This document shows, piece after piece, positions 1 through 6,508 of a stretch of DNA of 50,232 nt. Numbering within the stretch: the stretch's first letter is position 1; the number at the start of each line of letters is the position of its first letter. The position numbers and the translations under genes are program-made. Under the pieces are notes generated by a model, which saw only the letters and a list, made by a program, of their open reading frames with translations, did no database searches and was not told the origin of the DNA. Source of the stretch: Actinomycetota bacterium (lineage in GTDB: Bacteria; Actinomycetota; Acidimicrobiia; Actinomarinales; Actinomarinaceae); the NCBI GenBank assembly GCA_036163695.1, contig JAYZKG010000020.1, forward strand, positions 1 to 50,232. Reading direction: 5' to 3'.

Positions 1-262
1 CTGAAACAACTAACGGTGGGAAAGGGAAATAAAAATAATACAATGGAATTCCAGCAAACCACATATTGGACCAACCCATAAGTTTCAAATTAGGAAAAAA
101 GTTTTTTGCAAAATAATCAACTGCAGCAACATGTGCACCCATGTCTCCACCTGTTGGCATATTATCTGTGAAAACAAGGTCTATTCTAAGAAGAAAGATT
201 ACCGCTAGATAAAATAAATATTTTACGTAGGTCTTATCTATTTTGAATTCCTTACTTTGCAT
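1..262 (-). CDS. Integral membrane protein, first 87 codons only (gene continues past the window start). Possibly a large polytopic GT-C/PTPS-related-type membrane protein.
   Basis: Not in the ORF track because there is no stop in the window. The reverse complement of 262..1 reads ATG then MQSKEFKIDKTYVKYLFYLAVIFLLRIDLVFTDNMPTGGDMGAHVAAVDYFAKNFFPNLKLMGWSNMWFAGIPLYYFYFPFPPLVVS with no stop. It has a hydrophobic helix, a GGDxxxH motif and aromatic/Pro-rich segments. Its ATG (260..262) overlaps the stop of the upstream 85-aa gene (ATGCAAAGTAA). Confidence 0.45.
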   Translation of the reverse strand, partial: MQSKEFKIDKTYVKYLFYLAVIFLLRIDLVFTDNMPTGGDMGAHVAAVDYFAKNFFPNLKLMGWSNMWFAGIPLYYFYFPFPPLVVS

Positions 263-509
263 TGTTCTCAATATTTTTCCCTAAGTATTTAGACTTCCTT
301 ATTCCATCCTCAGACCACTCAGCATACCAATAAGGGCCGTGGGGACATGATTGACAAGATTCCTTACCACATTTTATATTCTTTTTTCGATAAGAAACCT
401 TCTTCTTGTCTACATTTTCATTTAGCTTATTATCAATAAGAAACTGCAGCCTTCGTAAATCAGATTCCGAAAGCTCTCCTAATATCTCTAATAGTTCTTT
501 ATCTACCAT
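252..509 (-). CDS. Small zinc-ribbon-like protein of unknown function (CGKESCQSCPHGPYWY motif; resembles DUF6788-type proteins from memory)
   Basis: 85-aa ORF. The N-terminal half is helical and charged. The C-terminal half carries C-x4-C-x2-C-x-H followed by GPYWY...SKYLGK, a pattern I recall from a widespread uncharacterised small-protein family. It is translationally coupled to the downstream membrane-protein gene. Confidence 0.55.
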   Translation of the reverse strand: MVDKELLEILGELSESDLRRLQFLIDNKLNENVDKKKVSYRKKNIKCGKESCQSCPHGPYWYAEWSEDGIRKSKYLGKNIENNAK

Positions 510-564
510 TAATAAAATGGTACTTGATATGAATAATCTTTTTTAGTTTCTTAATATAGATTTA

Positions 565-1467
565 GTGAAAAAAGTTGTAATTTTATGTGGTGGTATTGGT
601 GGAGCCAAATTAGTAAAAGGCTTCTACAACAATACTGACATCGATTTAACCGTAATTGTCAATACTGGTGATGATGCATTTATACATGGAGTATGTTTAT
701 CACCGGACATAGATTCAGTAATCTATGCATTAGCTGAGATTGAAGGTGAGCAAGGGTGGGGGCGAAAAGGAGATTCTTTTACTGCTAACAAAATTTTCTC
801 AGAATTAATCGGAGGTTTTGAATTCAAGTTAGGAGATATGGACCTTGGTCTTAATCTATATAGAACCGAAATGATTAAAAAAGGGAAAACCCTCACAGAA
901 ATAACGCATTTAATATCTAAGCACTTTGGTCTTAAAGAAAATATATACCCTATGAGTAATGATCCTGTGCAAACCAAAATACTTACTAACGATGAAAGAT
1001 TACTTGATTTTCAAGATTATTTTGTATTAGAAAAAGCTGTTCCGAAGATTAAAGAAGTATTTTATACAGGTTCTGCTGAAGCAACTGTAAACAATAAAAT
1101 CGTAAAGATCATTAAAGATAGCGATTTGATTGTTATCGCTCCATCAAATCCGATTCTTTCCATACAACCTATTTTGTCTATAGATAAATACTCAGAGGCA
1201 ATAAAAAACCACAAGAAGGTTATTTTAGTTAGCCCATTTATAGGAAGTAGAACAATAAAAGGGCCAGCAGCACATAATTTTTTAGATTTAGGATTTGTAC
1301 CAGATGTCTGTGGTCTAGAGAATTATTATAAAGGTATTGTTGATAAAATTATTATAAATTATGGTGACAGAAAAAAGGTTAACTCTGTAGAAATATTGGA
1401 AACAAATACAATAATGAGCACTAAAGAAAATTCTATCGATTTAGCTAATTATATTTTAGATCAATGA
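565..1467 (+). CDS. cofD: 2-phospho-L-lactate transferase (LPPG:FO transferase), coenzyme F420 biosynthesis
   Basis: 300 aa. The N-terminal MKKVVILCGGIGGAKLVKGF glycine-rich motif and the length are typical of CofD/FbiA. GTG start. The stop overlaps the cofE start (ATGA). Confidence 0.9.
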   Translation: MKKVVILCGGIGGAKLVKGFYNNTDIDLTVIVNTGDDAFIHGVCLSPDIDSVIYALAEIEGEQGWGRKGDSFTANKIFSELIGGFEFKLGDMDLGLNLYRTEMIKKGKTLTEITHLISKHFGLKENIYPMSNDPVQTKILTNDERLLDFQDYFVLEKAVPKIKEVFYTGSAEATVNNKIVKIIKDSDLIVIAPSNPILSIQPILSIDKYSEAIKNHKKVILVSPFIGSRTIKGPAAHNFLDLGFVPDVCGLENYYKGIVDKIIINYGDRKKVNSVEILETNTIMSTKENSIDLANYILDQ

Positions 1468-2165
1468 ATCCGATTGAGATAACTCCGCTTATAGGTTTTC
1501 CAGAGGTTAAGGAGGGAGATGATTTAGGGCATCTAATCGTTGACACATGCTCAAAGCAGAAATTAGATATAATTGATGGCTCTATTCTTGTTGTCGCGCA
1601 AAAGATAGTTTCGAAAGCTGAAGGACAATTGGTCAAACTGGCTAATGAAGAAGATTACCTACAACTCCTAGAGAAAGAAGCAAAGAAAATTATACGCAAA
1701 CGAGGAAATACAATAATTGCAGAAACTCAGCATGGTTTTATTTGTGCAAACGCGGGTATTGATAGATCGAATATAAAAAAAGGGCATGCACTCCTTCTCC
1801 CTGAAGATCCAGATAAATCTGCAGAGAAGATTCGTAAGTATATAGAAAATAAATTAGGCCTACATTTAGGAGTAATAATTTCTGATACATTTGGGCGTGT
1901 ATGGAGAAATGGACAAATTAATTTAGCAATAGGAGTATCCGGAATAGGTCCTATAAAAAGCTATATAGGAGAAAAAGACACATTTGAAAATGAACTAAAT
2001 GTTACGGAAATTGCAGTAGTCGACGAGTTATCCTCTGCCGCAGAATTAGTAATGGGTAAAACTGAAAGAATTCCCGTTGCATTAATTAATAACTATAAAT
2101 TTAATAAATCGGAAGAAAAGATTGATAAGATAATTAGAAAACAATCAGATGATTATTTTCTTTGA
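1464..2165 (+). CDS. cofE: Coenzyme F420-0:L-glutamate ligase, single-domain CofE type
   Basis: 233 aa with CofE-like motifs VVAQKIVSKAEG, NAGIDRSN and DTFGRVWRNGQINLAIG. ATGA overlap with cofD. There is no C-terminal nitroreductase-like domain. Confidence 0.9.
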   Translation: MNPIEITPLIGFPEVKEGDDLGHLIVDTCSKQKLDIIDGSILVVAQKIVSKAEGQLVKLANEEDYLQLLEKEAKKIIRKRGNTIIAETQHGFICANAGIDRSNIKKGHALLLPEDPDKSAEKIRKYIENKLGLHLGVIISDTFGRVWRNGQINLAIGVSGIGPIKSYIGEKDTFENELNVTEIAVVDELSSAAELVMGKTERIPVALINNYKFNKSEEKIDKIIRKQSDDYFL

Positions 2166-3094
2166 TTCTTTATCCAGCTAATTACCTCTGAAATCCCTTC
2201 AGAAATAAGTGTTTCTGAATACCAACCAATTGTTTCTTTTGCAAGAGAAGAATCTAAGACGCTCCTTAACAACTCTCCTTCTCTAGCTTCTTCAAAATTA
2301 ATTTCACATTTATTACCTATAGCTTGTTCAATTAGAGCAACCAGTTCGAGGACACTTGTCTCGATGCCTGAACCAATGTTCAAATTATGGTTTCCCTCCG
2401 ACAACAAACATTTGTGTATAGCACTCACAACATCTTCTACAAAAACAAAATCTCTAGTCTGTTTACCAGTCCCATAAACTGTTGGATTGTTTCCATCAAT
2501 CATTTTTCTGGTGAAAATTGAGATTACCCCGGCCTCACCATGAGGGTCTTGTCTTGGTCCATAAACATTAGCAAGATTTAATATCGAATAGTTAATTGAT
2601 GTACCATTAAAAGATTGTTCTATTAGCATATTTAATCTTTTCTTAGAGCTGCCGTAAGGTGAAGCTGGCTCAGATCCAAAATCATCTTCTTTTGTTGGGA
2701 TATTTTTTGGATCTCCATAAATTGTGCCACCTGAAGAAGTAAAAAGAAACCTAGTACAATTGGTCTCTTTTATTGCATCAATTAGTTTGAGAGGTTGATT
2801 GATATTATATTCTTCATCAAGATTAGGGTTGTCTACAGAAACTGTTACTGAAGATTGTGCTGCTAAATGAAAACAATAATCTGGGTTGAATTTCTTTATT
2901 TCTGAAAGGGCTTCATCTGAACCAATTTCTTTTTCTATAAAGACTAGGCTGCCTAAATCATCTAAATTTTCTTTTTTCCCAGTGATCAAGTTGTCAACAA
3001 CGAGAACTTCGTGATTTTCTCTAAGTAAACTGCCTACAAGATGACTGCCAATAAAACCTGCTCCTCCGGTTACAAGAGATTTCATTTTTGACAT
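2153..3094 (-). CDS. NAD-dependent epimerase/dehydratase (extended SDR; UDP-sugar 4-epimerase/decarboxylase-like)
   Basis: 313 aa with the Rossmann motif TGGAGFIGSHLV and the catalytic YxxxK motif (PYGSSKK). The 3' end overlaps the cofE 3' end by 13 nt (convergent genes). Confidence 0.85.
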   Translation of the reverse strand: MSKMKSLVTGGAGFIGSHLVGSLLRENHEVLVVDNLITGKKENLDDLGSLVFIEKEIGSDEALSEIKKFNPDYCFHLAAQSSVTVSVDNPNLDEEYNINQPLKLIDAIKETNCTRFLFTSSGGTIYGDPKNIPTKEDDFGSEPASPYGSSKKRLNMLIEQSFNGTSINYSILNLANVYGPRQDPHGEAGVISIFTRKMIDGNNPTVYGTGKQTRDFVFVEDVVSAIHKCLLSEGNHNLNIGSGIETSVLELVALIEQAIGNKCEINFEEAREGELLRSVLDSSLAKETIGWYSETLISEGISEVISWIKNQRK

Positions 3095-3104
3095 TTATCT
3101 AAGA

Positions 3105-4010
3105 TTAACAATAAATTTCATCTTCAATTATAGAATTTGGTTCTAATTTAATATTAGGGCCAATAATTGAATTAATTACTGTTGTATTTTCTTCAATAAT
3201 GCAATCTTGCATAACAACTGAATTTTCTATCTTTGCTGATTCATGAACAAAAGAGCTGGTATGAATCCAGAAATCGTCTCCCGAGCAACTTGCTTCAATG
3301 AATGACTCCCTAGTTCCAACATCAGAAATATCACCTTTTAATGAGCAATTAAGGAGCGCATTTTTGTTTGCTAAAAATGGAAATACCTCTCTTTCAAATG
3401 ACACTGCTTTCTCAATTAATCCTGGGTTGTCTTCTTTAGCTTTGTCATGATATTTAGTTAAATCATGCGATTGTAAGTAATATAGGCCAACACTTATATT
3501 GTTTCCCAAAGATGTTTTATTTATTGGCTTCTCAATAAATCCGCTAATTTGACCCGCTTCATTAAATGAAACAAGGCCAAATCTGCTTGGATCTTCTACA
3601 TTAATTGTGCTCAAAACAGATTTGTCAGAAGAAGATATGAATTCAAGAAAATAATCCAAATTTAAATTAAATAAAAGATCACCATTTACACATATAAAAT
3701 TTTCTGGGAAGAGTTCAATATTGTTTAATATAAATCCTGCAGTGTCGTACTTTACGTCTTCATAGAAAATTTCCACAATATAATCTGATTTATTTCTATA
3801 ATCTTCCCAGTACTCCCTATGTCTCTCTGCTGCAACAAATATATATTCATTCAGACCAACATCAGAAAACTTTTGAAGCATATGATCAATAATTGAAACA
3901 CCTCTTATAGAGAGCAATGCTTTTGGGCCCTCCTTAGACAATGGATGAAGCCTAGTTGCTTCACCTCCTACAAGAAATATAGTTTTAAATTCACTCATGA
4001 CTAGATACAT
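3105..4010 (-). CDS. Sugar-1-phosphate nucleotidyltransferase with C-terminal hexapeptide-repeat region
   Basis: 301 aa. LVGGEATRLHPLS is a variant of the GxGxRL NTP-transferase signature. The C-terminus VVMQDCIIEENTTVINSIIGPNIKLEPNSII looks like a left-handed beta-helix. The start may instead be the ATG at 3998 (MSEFK...), which would give an 8-nt overlap with the prpD stop. Confidence 0.75.
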   Translation of the reverse strand: MYLVMSEFKTIFLVGGEATRLHPLSKEGPKALLSIRGVSIIDHMLQKFSDVGLNEYIFVAAERHREYWEDYRNKSDYIVEIFYEDVKYDTAGFILNNIELFPENFICVNGDLLFNLNLDYFLEFISSSDKSVLSTINVEDPSRFGLVSFNEAGQISGFIEKPINKTSLGNNISVGLYYLQSHDLTKYHDKAKEDNPGLIEKAVSFEREVFPFLANKNALLNCSLKGDISDVGTRESFIEASCSGDDFWIHTSSFVHESAKIENSVVMQDCIIEENTTVINSIIGPNIKLEPNSIIEDEIYC

Positions 4011-5379
4011 TCTCTAAGAAATCAAATAAACTTTGAGAGGTCAAAGAACCATATAAGGTTTCATCCCAAAGATTGCTTGCAAATACTTCAGAGTGATACC
4101 TCTCACAATTCCTTACAAACTTATCCTTTAGTAGGGGGATTGCTTCATCGCGCCTTGCTGGATGCCCAATCGGATAGAGAATTTCTTTTTTTTCCGAATG
4201 AGTTCCATCCTTATATTCAAAATAAACTTTGTTAGGTATATACCTCTTTTCGATATCATAATAATCTTTTGTATATTGTTTATTTTCAATTGTTTTGAAC
4301 CTCTTTCTTAAAGATTCAACCTCGTGAATCTTCTCATAAGAATCTTGGTAAGAAGAGGTTGTAAGCTCCCCGTCAAGGAGTGCAACTGACGTCATATACT
4401 CTAAAGAATGATCTCTTGCAGAAGGGTTATCTAGTGGTCCTGATTTGCTTATAATCCTCAAAGCTGGTTCATGAGTCTCAATAATTATAGATTTTATGTC
4501 ATCAAACCTATTCATAAAGATAGGGTGGAGAGATATTGCAGCTTCAACAGCAGATTGTCCGTGAAATTCTGCTGGATAAGCAACTTTGTATAGTATATTC
4601 CTTACCACCCAGTCATCTAGATCTTTTCCTAGCACAATACTCTCCCCGTCCAAGAAAACTTTTTCAAAACCCCATACTTCATCAGTTTGCACTGAAGAAT
4701 AATTTGAGTCATTATATGAACTAACTTGTGCTAACCATAAACCTCTAGATGTTGCATCTCCTGCTGCCCAACTTTTTCGCCTCCCTATATTTGGTTCATG
4801 ACGATATGCTCTAAGGTTAAGACCGTCACTCAAGACATTATTTATAGTTCTGGAAATCGTAGTTTTACTAGAATTATTGATTAGTGAAGAAGAATATGCT
4901 GCTGTGGCTAGTTTTACATAGAATACATGGTCATATCCTTTTTCATTTAGAGACGTCCCTAGTGCCAAATTACCCTGTATTTCGTAAGTCTTAACTATTC
5001 CAATAAATATATCTTTTAATTCAGGAGAATCTAAGTACCTCATGTTAGAAGCAATTATCCCGCCTATATTGTCAGATGGATGTGCCCACTCTTTAGCTAA
5101 AAATGTATCATTGTAATCATGCCATCTAACAAGGGTTCCGAGGTATCTAGCTATTTCAAGTTCTGAATTGAGATTGCGAATAACTCTGAATGGGTGTTCA
5201 GATATACTAGAGCTAAGCCCGAAAGGTAGGGCGTGCTTTAATGCATTTTGATCTGCTGCAGCATCCAAAATGCATCCATAAGCATCAAGAAAAGCTAAAG
5301 AAGCACTCTCCATTGTTTCATTACTGAAGTCATTTTGGTCAACCAAATAGCTAGAAATAGTCTCATCTATTTTGTTCAT
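3991..5379 (-). CDS. prpD: MmgE/PrpD family protein, probable 2-methylcitrate dehydratase
   Basis: 462 aa, a PrpD-like length, with an N-terminal AFLDAYGCILDAA motif. It lies directly downstream of a citrate-synthase-family gene, as in actinobacterial prpDC loci. Confidence 0.8.
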   Translation of the reverse strand: MNKIDETISSYLVDQNDFSNETMESASLAFLDAYGCILDAAADQNALKHALPFGLSSSISEHPFRVIRNLNSELEIARYLGTLVRWHDYNDTFLAKEWAHPSDNIGGIIASNMRYLDSPELKDIFIGIVKTYEIQGNLALGTSLNEKGYDHVFYVKLATAAYSSSLINNSSKTTISRTINNVLSDGLNLRAYRHEPNIGRRKSWAAGDATSRGLWLAQVSSYNDSNYSSVQTDEVWGFEKVFLDGESIVLGKDLDDWVVRNILYKVAYPAEFHGQSAVEAAISLHPIFMNRFDDIKSIIIETHEPALRIISKSGPLDNPSARDHSLEYMTSVALLDGELTTSSYQDSYEKIHEVESLRKRFKTIENKQYTKDYYDIEKRYIPNKVYFEYKDGTHSEKKEILYPIGHPARRDEAIPLLKDKFVRNCERYHSEVFASNLWDETLYGSLTSQSLFDFLENVSSHE

Positions 5380-5395
5380 AAAATATATAACAAGT

Positions 5396-6436
5396 CTATT
5401 TTCCTGTATATTTAGCAGCAGGTCTAATTAGAACATCTTGTTCTCTTTGTTCAAAGTAATGAGCTGCCCAACCTACAGATCTCCCTGCAACAAAGATAGG
5501 TGTGAAAAGGCTAACATGAAAGCCTAGCTCGGCTAGTAAAAGTCCTCCGTAAAAATCTACATTTGGAAAAAGATTTTTTTTCTCGTCCATAATCTCATCT
5601 ATTTTTTTTGCTATTTCAAATCTGTTTTTTGAGAATTCACTTTTCGCTAATTTTGTTACCCAGTCTTTGACTATAGGGCTTCTTGGGTCTTGAACTTTAT
5701 ATACTCCATGACCAAAGCCCATAATTTTCTTTTTTTGTTTTAAAAGTTCATTTATTCCGTCTTCAGCTTCTTCAATACTTGTAAATGAGTCAACTAATTC
5801 TACGGCTCGTTCGTTAGCCCCTCCATGCAGCTCTCCTTTTAATGTTGCTATTCCAGAGACAATAGCTCCTGTTAAATCAGCTCTAGTTGAAGCTGTAACT
5901 CTTGTAGCAAATGTAGAAGCATTAAACCCATGTTCTGCATACAGAATCAACATATCATCTAAGGCTTCTAGCATTTCAGTATCTGAACCATTTGGCATTA
6001 ATGAACTAGCTACTAAATAATCATCAGATAATTCATTGGTTTCTCCCTCATGGTATGAGGCAATAATGTAGCAGACAGTAGCGTTGATACGAGCAGCTGA
6101 TTCAATTTGAGTATCCGATTCTAGCTCTTCAGTTCCCGAAACAAGTGTTCTAAGAACATCCATTGGGTGGAACCCTCTTTCTTTGAGATTTTTAATTGCT
6201 TCTTGTAACCAATCATCACTACAAGCAAGCTGATAAAACCTAGAAAATGCTGATTTAAATTTATCTCCATTTAAGGAATCGCTGATTATCAAAGAAGCAA
6301 CTTCTTCATAAGTTTTTTCTTTAGTTAGGTCTGTAGCATCATGGCCTCTATATCTAAGAGAAGTTCCTTCTTTACCAACGGTAGAAATTGAGGTTTCTCC
6401 CGCTATAACGCCTCTTAATCCAGGGGAATACTCCAT
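5396..6436 (-). CDS. prpC: Citrate synthase family protein, probable 2-methylcitrate synthase
   Basis: 346 aa with GLRGVIAGETSIS, HGGANE and the citrate synthase signature MGFGHGVYKVQDPR. Paired with prpD. Confidence 0.8.
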   Translation of the reverse strand: MEYSPGLRGVIAGETSISTVGKEGTSLRYRGHDATDLTKEKTYEEVASLIISDSLNGDKFKSAFSRFYQLACSDDWLQEAIKNLKERGFHPMDVLRTLVSGTEELESDTQIESAARINATVCYIIASYHEGETNELSDDYLVASSLMPNGSDTEMLEALDDMLILYAEHGFNASTFATRVTASTRADLTGAIVSGIATLKGELHGGANERAVELVDSFTSIEEAEDGINELLKQKKKIMGFGHGVYKVQDPRSPIVKDWVTKLAKSEFSKNRFEIAKKIDEIMDEKKNLFPNVDFYGGLLLAELGFHVSLFTPIFVAGRSVGWAAHYFEQREQDVLIRPAAKYTGK

Positions 6437-6496
6437 ATAAATATTTAACTACAAAGACTTTAATTTGAACAGAGAAAGTTATAGAAATTATTTTAG

Positions 6497-6502
6497 TACA
6501 AT
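6497..6502 (+). promoter_or_regulatory. Candidate -10 hexamer (TACAAT) placed for a leaderless PBP transcript
   Basis: TACAAT lies 6 nt upstream of the GTG start at 6509. There is no Shine-Dalgarno sequence in between (ttttat). A TTGAAC -35-like hexamer sits at 6469..6474, but at a non-optimal distance. Confidence 0.3.
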
Positions 6503-6508
6503 TTTTAT

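Noticed and set aside
3105-4010. Nucleotidyltransferase next to cofD/cofE considered as CofC/FbiD (the F420 guanylyltransferase)
   Set aside because: It is 301 aa with a sugar-1-phosphate NTP-transferase signature and a hexapeptide-repeat C-terminus, unlike the ~210-aa MobA-like CofC. It is on the opposite strand, in the prpCD/epimerase operon.
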